Shown here piece after piece: positions 50,789 to 63,120 of a stretch of 64,000 nt of DNA (position 1 is the first letter of the stretch; every line of letters begins with the position of its first letter). The position numbers and the translations under genes were made by a program. The DNA is from Octopus sinensis. Its lineage: Eukaryota. A model generated the notes under the pieces. That model searched no databases. It was not told the origin of the DNA and saw only the letters and a program-made list of their open reading frames with translations. The DNA is taken from NCBI RefSeq assembly GCF_006345805.1, contig NC_043000.1:2356001-2420000 (forward strand). The letters run 5' to 3'.

Positions 50789-51404
50789 TCATCATCATCA
50801 TCATCGTTTAGCGTCCGCTTTCCATGCTAGCATGGGTTGGACGGTTCAACTGGGGTCTGGGAAGCCAGGAGGCTGCACCAGGCCCAGTCTGATCTGGCAA
50901 TGTTTTTACAGCTGGATGCCCTTCCTAACGCCAACCACTCCCTGAGTGTAGTGGGTGCTTTTTACGTGCCAGACGAGGCTGGCAAACGGCTATGATCGGA
51001 TGGTGCTTTTTACATGCTACCAGCACGGAGGCCAGTCGAGGCTGGAAACGGCCACGATCGGATGGTGCTTCTTACGTGCCACTGGCACAGAGGCCAGTTG
51101 GGGCGGCACTGGCAACGGCCACATTCGGATGGGTCTCTTACATGCCACCGGCACTGGTATCACAGCTACAATTTCCATTCATGTTGATCGATTTCGATTT
51201 TGATTCTGATTCTCACTTGCCTCAACAGGTTTTTACAAGTAGAGTTTTGTGTCCCAAGAAGGAAAGGTATGCATAAGTGGACCGGCTACATCCCAGGTAG
51301 AAGCTATGGGTTATGGTCTCACTTGTCCTGCCGGGTCTTCTCACACACAGCATACTTCCATAGGTCTCGGTCTCTAGTCATTTCCTCGGTGAGACCTAAA
51401 GTTC

Positions 51405-51405
<1 letters not shown>
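50789..51405 (-). mobile_element. RTE-1 copy: ORF end plus full 3'UTR, between (TA)n tracts
   Basis: The minus strand reads TLGLTEEMTRDRDLWKYAVCEKTRQDK*, then the UTR and (GAT)n tail. Confidence 0.9.
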
Positions 51406-51439
<34 letters not shown>

Positions 51440-51721
51440 CAACAATTGAGGGTAAAATAATTAATTAATTAATCAATTTCACCAAGTATTCAGTATGCAA
51501 AGGGACCATTTAAGGCGAATTCAAATTATTACATTATATAAAAGGGCTTAGTAAAATAAATTACTTTGCCGCATACTGAACTCGTTAGAAATAGCAGCTA
51601 AAAAACTTTTTATAAAACTATTTCCAACACTTAAAGAAAATCTCTCTCATATAGTGTTTGCTCAATTCAACTCAAGGAAGTATGAGGGTAGAGACATTAA
51701 AAAATCAAATGCAAAGTTATT

Positions 51722-51773
51722 TGAGTACGTACGTTTCAAGATTAGTCAAAACGACCCTTCTCTCATCAGCTCA
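51722..51773 (-). ncRNA. Minimal type I hammerhead ribozyme motif
   Basis: UGAG-CUGAUGA-GAGA...UCUU-GAAAC-GUAC-GUA-CUCA. Stem I is 4 bp, stem II is closed by G.U, stem III is short with palindromic ACGUACGU, and the triplet is GUA. Confidence 0.7.
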
Positions 51774-51839
51774 GAATGCCCTTGTTTGAATTTGAAAACA
51801 CTGAAAACACTGTGTTTTCAAATTCAAACAAGGGCATTC

Positions 51840-51891
51840 TGAGCTGATGAGAGAAGGGTCGATTTTGACTAATCTGAAACGTACGTACTCA
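51840..51891 (+). ncRNA. Minimal type I hammerhead ribozyme motif (stem II one base short)
   Basis: CTGATGA 51844-51850, GAAAC 51876-51880, GTA 51885-51887, stem I TGAG/CTCA. Confidence 0.6.
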
Positions 51892-52083
51892 AATAACCTT
51901 TGCATTTGATTTTTTAATGTCTCTACCCTCATACTTCCTTGAGTTGAATTGAGCAAACACTATATGAGAGAGATTTTCTTTAAGTGTTGGAAATAGTTTT
52001 ATAAAAAGTTTTTTTAGCTGCTATTTCTAACGAGTTCAGTATGCGGCAAAGTAATTTATTTTACTAAGCCCTTTTATATAATG

Positions 52084-52118
<35 letters not shown>

Positions 52119-52416
52119 ATATATATAAATTATGGTAAAATAAACAATGGACAAGTAGTTATTTATGACATCAAAGAATTTATAAGTTATACAGACATAT
52201 AAAAATATAATCAGACAGAAAGCAGGATGACAGTCCATAGTTGACAAGTAGGTCAGATATCCAAAGATTTCACATACAGAAATCAGAGAGAAGAAAGGAA
52301 AAAATTCTAGGTAGACCATTACAGCTGTTTCAGGAATTCAGTGACAAAAAGATGCATCAGTACCCATTGTGCATATATGTATGTGGAGGGGCTAAATTGA
52401 TGTTAGTAAATATATA

Positions 52417-53650
52417 CAGGGGTTGGACAGAATAATGGAAACACCTAACATCATAGCATCATAATTTTGAAATATCAATAGAACTGTGAAAAGCTTGTTT
52501 AATTTTATGTTTTTTGATTTATTATTAGTGTTGCTTAATATGTTTGTTTTCAGATATGAGAAAAAGGTAATTAAAATTCATTAAAATGACAGATATATCA
52601 GATTTTCAAAGAGGTCAAATTGTTGGTGCTCATATGGCAGTCACTAGCATAATGAAAGCAGTCGAAATATTTGCTGTATCAAGAAGTACTATCTTGAAAG
52701 TAATAACAGCCTTTGAGAAAGAGGGAAAAATTTCCTCGTTGAAGCAAAACTCCAGAAGAAACCAAAACTTTCAGATAGGGAATGTTAGAATTTTATGCGA
52801 ATTGTCAGAAAGGATCATAAAAGTACAGCTGCCCAAATTACTGCAGAGCTTAATGACCACCTCGCGAACCCAGTTCCCACAAAAACTGTTTGCTAGGAAC
52901 TGCACAAAGCCAGATTTCATGGGAGGGTTGCAAACAGAAAACCACTACTTTCAAAAACAAACATTGCAAAGCATTTAGAGTGGAGTAAAAACCTACAGAA
53001 TTGGTCCCTAGATCAGTGGGAGGGTGTTATTTTCTCTGAAAGTCATCCTTTACCTTATTTCCAACCACCAGCCGAGTATACGTATGGAGACAGCCAAAAG
53101 AAGCATTTCACCCAGACTGCCTTCTTCCATCTGTTAAACATGGAGGAGGATCTGTGATGATCTGGGAGTGGGGAGCTATATCTTGGAAATCCACTGGCCC
53201 AATGGTTTCCCTTCATAGCAGAATTAATAGTCAAGACTATTTAAGCATTTTATCTGATCAAATTCATCCTATGGTTGCGGAACTGTTTCTGGAGGGAAAC
53301 ACAATCTTTCAGGATGATAATGCACCAATTCACACAGATAAAGTTGTTACTGAATGGCATGAGGAACATTCTAGTGAACATCTTATCTGGCCACTACAGA
53401 CCCCACATTGCAATAGTATTGAACATTTATGGTGCATTTTAGAAAAACAAGTAAGGAGTCGATATCCTCCACCATCATCACTACAAGAACTGGAGGCTGT
53501 TTTAGTTGAAGAATGGACAAAAATTCCTTTGGAAACAATTCAAACTTTGTAGAATTCAAGCTATAATTACTGCCAAAAGTGGTCCTACCCCATATCAAAA
53601 TAAATTTGTTTGAAATTTTAAGGTGTTTCCATTATTTTGTCCAACCCCTG
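52417..53650 (+). mobile_element. Tc1 transposon, 1234 bp, decayed DD34E transposase
   Basis: 30-bp TIRs CAGGGGTTGGACA(G/A)AATAATGGAAACACCT and TA TSD. SDFQRGQIVGA HTH, then FQDDNAPIH...NSIEHLW with 34 residues between D and E. Frameshifted. Confidence 0.93.
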
Positions 53651-54090
53651 TAAGTATGAAATAACACAATTCCTTGATGAGGTAAATGATATCACAATCA
53701 TAACTTAAATTGTGTTTATATCATATTTATTTGCTAACATCAATTTAGTACAGATATATTTTATAATGCACATCACTCAGTATTTTTATCAAGGATCTAC
53801 CAGTATTCTTCACCGTGATCCTTGTTTAGCATTTATCCCAAACATTAGGACATCAGTTTATAAATAGATGAGTGATGTATCATCACTATCTCTCTTCTTG
53901 CTTATTCCCCAGTTTTGAAAACCAGGCACACACTTCTATATGCCCTGCACTGAGCAACTGAAAAAAATATGACGTCATATACCATTTAGTGCCTCCTTGA
54001 TCTTTCTTTTAAGGATATTTGGAAAACCTTTCCATTCTTAAGTTAGAGTTAAGTAACCTTTATTCTTGCCAGTTTTTTATAGGAAATACC

Positions 54091-54503
54091 TATTTCTTTA
54101 CTACCCACAAGGGGCTAAACAGAGAGGACAAACAAGGACAGACAAACAGATTAAATCGATTACATCGACCCCAGTGCATAACTGGTACTTATTTAATCGA
54201 CCCCAAAAAGATGGAAGGCAAAGTTGACCTCAGTGGAATTTGAACTCAGAACGTAACGGAAGACGAAATACCTATTTCTTTACTACCCACAAGGGGCTAA
54301 ACACAGAGAGGACAAACAAGGACAGACAAACGGATTAAATTGATTACATCGATCCCAGTGCATAACTGGTACTTATTTAATCGACCCCAAAAAGATGGAA
54401 GGCAAAGTTGACCTCAGCGGAATTTGAACTCAGAACGTAGCGGCAGACGAAATACTGCTAAGCATTTCGCCTGGCATGCTAACGATTCTGCCAGCTCGCC
54501 ATC
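54091..54503 (-). mobile_element. SINE-B dimer
   Basis: Junction motif at 54085, 54267 and 54451. 17-bp TSD TTTTTAT(A/T)GGAAATACC (54074-54090, 54504-54520). Confidence 0.9.
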
Positions 54504-55045
54504 TTTTTATTGGAAATACCACAAGGAAAGAGGCTCTTTCTGTAGCGACATACATTCTTTCTTTCTCTGTACTATGGAGCACTATTGAGCTGGAAGAGTT
54601 GTCAAAGACTGAAAGACACAGCTAATGTATGTAGGAGACACAAGTTTGCTGGTGTGGACCTGTGATGTCATTGGATGAAGGATTCTGAGTCGGGGGAAAA
54701 GTACTGCATATCTTTTATTGAAGTTACATATGGCAGAGAAAGGCCAAGGACAATATAAAAAGTGGTGAGACCAGACTTCAGCATTCTGGGCTTCACAAAG
54801 AAGATATGAAAGAATTAAGACGAGTTAGGATATAGAGCATTGCAAACCTGTCTAACCATGCCAACATTTTATAACATTTATTAAAACAGGTAGTATTGGG
54901 CTGCTGCTGCTGCTACTTATGATTTAGTATGTGCATGCAATAACTAGGATTTCAAATCAATACCCAAAATTTCCTACAGCCAGACTTGCACTTAGGTGAT
55001 TGCAAATATGAGTTGATGTGCTGTAAAAAAGAAAAAAAAAACATG

Positions 55046-55087
<42 letters not shown>

Positions 55088-55968
55088 TATTTTAGCTTTA
55101 AGCTTCAGTTTTTGGACTAAATATAGAGGTGTGTTAGGGTATGCACAGTCTGGCTACAAGAGAACCCCATGATTTTTAACCATGGGGTCTATTTTCACAG
55201 CAACTTACAATCACATTGAACACATAATTATAACTTTGTTTATAAATGTAATTACTAATAGGCTGTCAATTCTCCAGTTAATTAATGTATAGAAATATAG
55301 TGTGTGTGTGTGTGTGTGTGTGTGTGGCATGTGCATGCATGTGAATAAGAATGAGAAAGAGAGGGAGAGAGAGAAAGTTTCTGTGTATTATGACGAACTT
55401 CGTCATTGATTTCAAAGACTGAATGTTTCATTTATTGGTCATTAGAACTAATTGCTAATTATTCTTTCTAATTTTGGTACAAGGCCAGTAATTTTGAAGG
55501 GTGAGTTATTTATGTTGACCCCAGTGCTCAACTAGTACCTTATCTTATCTGTCTCAAAGGGATAAAAAAACAAAGCTGGTCTCAGCAAGATTTAAGCTTA
55601 GAAAGTAAAGAGGCAGTAGAAATGTTGCTAAGAATTTCTTCCAATGCACTCATGATTCTATCAACTTTCCACCTTAATGCATGGAACTGAGGGTTCTGCA
55701 GAAATTTATGTGATACAGCGTAACAAGTCTGACCCCTTAGAACTACATTTATATAAAAAAAAAATAATGAAATTATTGTATACAGTGCTCAGGCACACCG
55801 CAACTTGTCGAAAGTGCGTATGAAGCATATGCAGTAATGTACAAATGTCTGGAGAGTGAACAGTGTATGAGTCAGATACATGATGCAAGAAGACCTAAGG
55901 CTAGCAAAATCCTGAGGCCAATAACATAAAAACCAACTGAGGTACAAGTCATCATCATCATCATTTAA

Positions 55969-56480
55969 AATAATAATAATAATAATGGAATTATTGTATA
56001 CTGTTCTCAGGTGCACCACAGCTTCTCAAAAGTGCATATAAAGCATATGCAGTAATGTACAAATGTCTGGGAAGTGAACAGTGTAGGAGTCAGATACATG
56101 CTTGCGTGTGTATGGAGGGGTGAAAATCAGGTGTAGTGTTGGTGAATCTCAGGAAGCATGGAAGTTTTGAAGTATGCAGTGCTCCGACAACTAGCAACTG
56201 ATGCCGGCAGTTTGTTCCATGCTTCAGCAACTCTTAGAGTGAAAAAATGTTTCCGAAAGTCATGGGAGCTGTGCTGTTTTCTGACTTTGTAAATATGTCC
56301 ACGGGTGTTTGACAGGTGGAGTTTGAAAAGGGGCTCTGAGTTATTGTTAGTAAGATGGTTAATAATTTTATGGGGTCTGCCAAGTCAGCTGCCAGACGTT
56401 GGAGTTTCAATGTATCCATCCCCAGGGAAGTAAGGCGTTCAGAATATAGCAAATGCCTGATGGAGGGTATTCTCTTGAGT
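55969..56480 (-). mobile_element. CR1-clade LINE 3' fragment (same family as 4609-5040); an extra 3'UTR piece lies at ~55760-55885
   Basis: KRIPSIRHLLYSERLTSLGMDTLKLQRLAADL, then the 3'UTR and an (ATT)n tail. Confidence 0.85.
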
Positions 56481-56704
56481 TCATCTTGTGGGGGACTAAG
56501 AATTCCAAAGACTTCTGAATGCTTGACATTTTCCTCAAGCCACATGTTTCACTCAGTTGTACTTCATACATGTAGTGTGTTCTGTGACATACAAGTTGAA
56601 TTTTTCTGACCAAAATTTACAGCAAGAAATGGTAGCTCAGCTTATATACCAATACAGCTTTGGAGGACAAGATAGTGATGAGGATTGAGTGTTTACACTA
56701 CAGG

Positions 56705-57117
56705 TGCAGACACGGCTGTGTGGTAAGAAACTTGCTTTCCAATCACATAGTTCTAAGTTCAGTCTCACGGCATGGCTGTTTAGGCAAGTGTCTTCTACTA
56801 CAGCCTCAGGCCGACCAAAGCCTTATGAATAGATTTGGTACACAAAAACTGAAAGAAACCTATCATCATGTATATATTTACATATACATGTGTGTGTCTC
56901 CATTTGTCCCCTACCACAGCTTGACACCGGTTTTGGTTTGTTTACATCCCCATGACTTAATCGTTCAGCAAGAGAGTTTGATAGGATAAGTACCAGATTT
57001 AAACAAAGGAAAATAAGTCCTGAGGTTGATTCATTTGATTGGAAATTCTTCAAGGTGGTGCTCCAGCATGGCCACGGTCTAATGACTGAAACAAGTAAAA
57101 GATAACAGATAAAAGAT
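56705..57117 (+). mobile_element. SINE-A
   Basis: Head, CORE-like block and tail. Confidence 0.8.
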
Positions 57118-57485
57118 ACATCATCATCATCGTTTAACGTCCGCCTTCCATGCTAGCATGGTTGGACGATTTTGACTGAGGGCTGACGAACCAGACAGCC
57201 GCACCAGGCTCCAATCTTGATCTGGCAGAGTTTCTACAGCTGGATGCCCTTCCTAACGCCAACCACTCCGAGAGTGTAGTGGGTGCTTTTTACATGCCAC
57301 CGGCACGGGGCCAGTCAGGCGGTACTGACAATGACCTCGCTCGAATCTTTTTACACATGCCACCGGTACAGGTACCATTAAGGCGACATTGGTAACAATC
57401 ATGCTCGAATGGTGCCCTTTTATGTGCCACCGGCACGGAGCCAGTTGCTGCTCTGGCAATGATCATGCTCAGATGGTGCTCATTT
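57117..57485 (-). mobile_element. RTE-1 3'UTR fragment
   Basis: (ATC)n tail and hairpin sub-units. Confidence 0.85.
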
Positions 57486-57761
57486 ACATTATACACTATA
57501 TCAGCTTGTATACCAGAAAGTACAATATGTCTTCACATATATTTTAGCTGTGGTGTTTGCTACATGTCGCAATAACTACGAAACCTAAGACCCTTAGTCC
57601 ACCATGAGGTATCTGTACCATAAGTTTCATCATCAAGGACTATCACATAGTACAACAAACATGTTTCTCACAATTGACGCAAGGGATTCAAGTCCAGCTG
57701 ACTGAGGTATCAGGCAGTTGGCTCCTAGAATGTTATGATTATGATGCAAGCTTCTTAATCA

Positions 57762-58055
57762 TGGAGGCACATGGCCTAATGGTTAGAGCAGCAGACTCAC
57801 GGTCGAGGGATCACGAGTTCGAATCTCAGACTGGGCGATGTGTGTGTTTATGAGCGAAACACCTCAGCTCCACACGGCTCCGGCAGAAGGTAATGGCAAA
57901 CTTCTGCTGACTCTTTCGCCATAACTTTCTCTCACTCTTTCCTCCTGCATCTTGCAGCTCACCTGCGACGGACTGGCGTTCTGTCCAGGTGGGGAACCTA
58001 TATGCCAAGAAAACCGGGAAACTGGCCCTATGAGCCAGGTGTGGTTCGAGAAGGA
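57762..58055 (+). mobile_element. tRNA-derived SINE-F (E-like head and body, D-like tail)
   Basis: Shares CTTTCTCTCACTCT body with 44152-44540 and GCGA(C/T)GGACTGGCGT...GGGGAAC tail with 29493-29758. TSD AAGCTTCTTAA. Confidence 0.75.
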
Positions 58056-58065
58056 AGCTTCTTAA

Positions 58066-58311
58066 TCCTTTAAAACTACAAGCATGTTTTAGCAGGTACA
58101 ATTCAGTTTGACTACACACCTGTAAGTAACCAACCACATAGTTTTGTATGTAAACAACCTCGTGGTTTTGTATGTGTGGCTGAAAAATAACGATGTTTCT
58201 GTCAATTAGTAAACCACAAACAAAACCATATGTGGCCTCCACTTTTGAGTTTTCCAAGGGCACACCGAAACAAAATTGTGCCTGCTAAAGTGTATCTGCA
58301 GGTTTAAAGGG
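58066..58311. mobile_element. piggyBac-like MITE-C
   Basis: TTAA TSDs and ~38-bp imperfect TIRs ((T/C)CCTTTAAA...TTTAGCAGG(T/C)ACAATT). Confidence 0.75.
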
Positions 58312-58339
58312 TTAACCACACACTATCCTTTTGCATGTA

Positions 58340-58375
58340 TGCTTGTGTATATGTTTACATGTACTTATATGCATG

Positions 58376-58424
<49 letters not shown>

Positions 58425-58670
58425 TATGTATATATTATTGTATATGCGTGTAATCTCCGTCATTGGTGTACCAAACATTGTTTACTGTTATGATATAATA
58501 GTAGTTATGTCATTGATATATAATTTATGTATAGCTGTAGGTACATCTAAGTATTACAGCACAGTTATATATTTTTATCTCTAAGTGTTTATGTAGGTAT
58601 ATATTATTCAGGTACAATATCATATATATATACATACATGCATGCATACATACATGTGTGTGTGTGTATT

Positions 58671-58707
<37 letters not shown>

Positions 58708-59264
58708 ATATATATATGTTCTCTTTTTAATTTTACTGAAATTAAGTAGTTTTGCTCTGCCTAAGTGGAATGGTATTTTAATCTGACCGATAGTTTTAAA
58801 TGCAGAAATCAATAATGTGTTTCGCTTGCAGTTGAGGATTTGCAGTTTCAAACCTCAACCCAAACCCACACACACACAACACACACACACACACACACAA
58901 GCTCATAGTTTTTTTTGTCATATTTATTATATCCTGCTTTTTGTTCTTTTTGGAAGGGAGGGAGGTGGGGGGAGGGGGTTTAAATTTATTCTTAAATGCT
59001 TTACATTTTATATTGTATACATTATATTTGTCTCACATTGTTTTTCTGTCTCTGTCTCTCTCTCTCTATTTCATTTTCTTCGTCTTTCTCTCTCCCTCTT
59101 TATCTGTCTCTCATTTTTTAATATTTTTTAGTCTCTCTCTCTCTCTCTAGTTTTTCATTCCTACTTTTGTTCATTCCTTTATCTCTTTCTCTCCTTCTGT
59201 CCTTCTTTATATATATATATATATATATAATATATATATATATATGTATGTGTGTCTGTGTGTT

Positions 59265-59306
<42 letters not shown>

Positions 59307-59416
59307 CATACACACATACACATATATATATATAATGTATGTGTGTGTATATATGTATATGTTTGAGTTTATATATTCATATACTATATAAATGCATATA
59401 TATGTATATATGTATG

Positions 59417-59448
<32 letters not shown>

Positions 59449-59478
59449 TAATTTCTCATTTCATTTGCTTCAACTAAG

Positions 59479-59529
<51 letters not shown>

Positions 59530-60071
59530 CTCTGCTTCCATTTCATTTTCTTTTATTCACTTCCTCTCACACCCAATCATCTTTCTTTCCTCCTCCTTTT
59601 ATACACTTTAACTCTGTGTTTACTCACTTCATTTTCTCTCCTTTCTCTCCACTTTCTCTTTCTCTCTCTTTCTCTCCTTTACTTTCCTCTCTATATTAAG
59701 AAAGGATAATAGAAATACAGCTGCTCATACAATATCTGTGTATGTCTTGATGTGTATGTAGATATGACTATATAATTATGTGTGTATGTTTGTATCTGTG
59801 TGTATATATATATGTATATATATACTTGCATATATATATGTGTATATATATGTATGTATATATATATATATGTATGGGTGTATATGTGTACATATGTTTG
59901 TTTGTAAATTCGTGTGTGTAATGAAATAAACATGCATATATATGTGTGTATAATAAAATATATGTGCATATGTGTGTATATGTATGTATGTATATATGTG
60001 TAGGGTAAAATAATGAACATTAAAATGATAATGAAAATATTCATGTATGTTCATATATATATATACATAAT

Positions 60072-60129
<58 letters not shown>

Positions 60130-60640
60130 TCACTCACATATCTATATCTATACCCCTACATGTGTGGGAATATGCATGTTTATATATATATATATATACA
60201 CACAAATATTTATATAGATATGTGTGTGTACACATACAGATATGAAGCCATATGTATACATGTGTGTTCGTGTACATGTACTCATACACATGCATACACA
60301 CACACATACTTATACATGCATGCACATATGCAACTATGTATGATTTCTAATTGCCGTTAATATGAAATAATGATGCATAAATGCAATTATGTGTATGATT
60401 GTATAAATGCATCAATGCATGTATGGTATGGGTGTATATGTATGACTGAATGTATACACGTGTCAGTGTATGTGTGTATATGTATGCACATATGTGCAGT
60501 TGTGCACTAGCTTCTGCACAGATATGTGTATGTGTACATATGTATTTAAAATCTGTTGTGTATTCATCAAAGAGAGGGAGAGATATTTTGTGATTGTGTG
60601 TGTGTGTGTGTGTGTGTGGGTGTCTACATGTGTGTCTGTG
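58340..60640. repeat. ~2.3-kb compound dinucleotide microsatellite region (TA, TG/CA, CT)
   Basis: Seen directly in the sequence. Confidence 0.9.
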
Positions 60641-61292
60641 GAATGGCTGGCGGAAGTGGTGAGAAAAAGAACGAAGAGGTGTGTGGTGGTTGGGGCATTC
60701 ATCTCAATTGTGTATGTTCTAAGTTAATATCCTAGTCTATTATTGAAGAGTTCTAATCCAGTTTTGTCTTTACCTGAATTGCTTATGGAATTTCTGAAGC
60801 TTAAATTCTCACATGTTCACCATTGTATTATTGCTACACTGTCTTGGACAATTTTATTTCCTACCCTTCATCTCAAATCTCTTTATCATAATATCTGAGC
60901 AGCATTTTACCTTATATGTACTAATGTAGTTTATTGTGACATTGTTGCTTCACTGCAGGTGAGCACTGAATGAGGAAACTTATGATATGATCAAAAGCAT
61001 TCTAACCATGACCATCTCATCTATATTTTAAACAGCGTATCTAATCATCTAAGACACTTATCTGAAGTGCCCTTTTTTTTATGTCAAATAGGCTATGATT
61101 TTATGACTTGAAGCCAAATTTGGTTACTATTTCTAGGCTGAGTGATAATGTATGCAATCTGTGCTTCTCAGGATTTTCCGAGTGGCATGCTGAATGAATT
61201 GAATTGTCTTTTAGCAGAGCTGCGTGCCTAATAATGGTGAGCCATATTTCATGCGGCTTGCTTCTCAAAAGAGGTTGCCCATGACTGATATA

Positions 61293-61509
61293 AGAGGGGG
61301 TACTGAAAAGTTCCTGGCTTTGGATAAAAGAAGATACAGGAAGATCAGTTAATTATGATTTTATTTAATATATTCCCCTCCCAGGTTCACACACTTATTG
61401 TAGTGGTCCTTCAGTTTTTCTAAGGCCTGTAAAAGAACTCAGAAGGTTGGGCCTCCAACCAGGCCTTTCACAGTACCCTTAAAGCAAGTGACTTTTCAGC
61501 TCCCCCTCG
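61293..61509. mobile_element. Mariner-type MITE (217 bp)
   Basis: TA|AGAGGGGGTACTGAAAAGTT ... GACTTTTCAGCTCCCCCTCG|TA. Confidence 0.75.
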
Positions 61510-62244
61510 TAGAATATTCTTGCTCTACTAGAAATACCTCATTGATCTAAGGATTAAGTTTTATGCACCTATGATTCAAGTTCTATTCTGACTACATGAT
61601 ATTCTGACTGGTTTTTATGGTTATTCATAATTGGGAGCTATCTCATTTGTATGACTTTTTTGGCTGTGCCTGACAGTAACTGGCCACACTCATAAATGGT
61701 GGTCTCCTGGAATGCAAAGCGGGTGAATTTTCTTGCTGGGATGTTTCCCATGGTACATAATTATTCCTGGCACTTGATATGCTGTGTCCCTTTTGAGGTC
61801 CCTTTAATCTATGGACTATATTACCTGAATAAAAGTCGAGTAGGTTATAACTCTATGAATTGGAGTTGATCTCAACTTAAAAAAAAACAATAAAGCATTT
61901 CAACCTACAAGAAGGACCTCTTTGTAAAGGTCATTTTATTCTCTGTAGAGGTCAATGAAATGTACTTTGTATTATCATGTCCATAGCCTGGACATTGTGA
62001 CTACTACCTTAACTGACCAATTGGTGCCAGCTCCTGTTTGGGTTTTACTCACATAATGAATTGAACTTTAACGAGCAAAACTCATTATGCACTTCTCCTT
62101 TCACGCAAGTGTTGCTTTTACTGTTGTTTGTTACAACTACAATGATAAGTTACATCACTCCACACTTTGTGTATTTACTTACTGTGGATAGTGAAGTGTC
62201 TTGGTCATGTCCATAGGTACATATGTACACTTTAGTAAGTACTT

Positions 62245-62585
62245 GTGAAGGCGCATGGCTCAGTGGTTAGAGTGTTGAGCTTACGATCGTGAGGTTGTGA
62301 GCTCGAATCCCGGACCGGGCTGCGTGTTGTGTTCTTGAGCAAAGCACTTTATTTCACGTTGCTCCAGTTCACTCAGCTGTAGAAATGAGTTGCGACGTCA
62401 CTGGTGCCAAGCTGTATCGACCTTTGTCTTTCCCTTGGATAACACTGGTGGCGTGGAGAGGGGAGGCTGGTATGCATGGGCGACTGCTGGTCTTCCATAA
62501 ACAACCTTGCCCTGACTTGTGTCTAGGAGGGTAACTTTCTAGGTGCAATCCCATGGTCATTCATGACCGAAGGGGGTCTTTACCC
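62245..62585 (+). mobile_element. SINE-C (young)
   Basis: Near-identical to 37764-38104. 14-bp TSD TTTAGTAAGTACTT (62231-62244, 62586-62599). Confidence 0.92.
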
Positions 62586-62743
62586 TTTAGTAAGTACTTA
62601 CAGTTAGATAGACAAGACTGTTTACATTAAATGTCTTGACCATGGACAGAATACTGTGAAATATACTTCACTTTAGTACTTGAATACTTGTTGGATAAAT
62701 AGAACTTCTTACAGTTAAGTATCTTAGGCATGTACATAATACA

Positions 62744-63120
62744 TCATCATCATCATTGTTCGACCGTGATCGAGACAATGGAATTTACCATGCTACACCA
62801 GACTTCACGGTCCATCATGGCATAACGGAGGTCCTGTTGCTGGATGTTGTATCCCTGGAGATTACATCAGGGTAGGAGAGTGTGCGCCCTCTGGTATTGC
62901 GAGTAGATAGCTTTTAAGAGGAGAAGAGTAGAAATTACCTCTTTTTCAGCTCTACAACAATGTCCAGCAAACAGGACTCTCCTACCTTTCACAAGAGATG
63001 ACACAGGTGGTAGTTTCCCATATATTTGCATTTTGGTTGGATGGCGCTTCCACGGGAGATTTTGAGCTCTCATAAGGAGGCGAGTGTAGGTTCCATCCAA
63101 CCGCCTCTCAAGCTTCTTTG
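62744..63120 (-). mobile_element. RTE-family-2 LINE 3' fragment
   Basis: MSKKLERRLDGTYTRLLMRAQNL...FAGHCCRAE... and a (GAT)n tail. TSD ACATAATACA (62734-62743, 63121-63130). Confidence 0.9.

Larger units (their letters stand above)
51433..52085. mobile_element. Palindromic, probably Penelope-like terminal-repeat element in (TA)n
   Basis: Arms 51530-51801 and 51812-52085 differ by about four single-base indels. The left arm continues ~97 bp further. Each arm has a hammerhead motif. Confidence 0.7.

Noticed and set aside
51654-51956. Two similar ORFs on opposite strands
   Set aside because: They are mirror images produced by the palindrome, with no recognisable domain.
58276-60727. Many Ile/Tyr/His/Val/Cys-rich ORFs
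   Set aside because: They are dinucleotide microsatellite artefacts. The same applies at 4975-5497 and 25418-26413.
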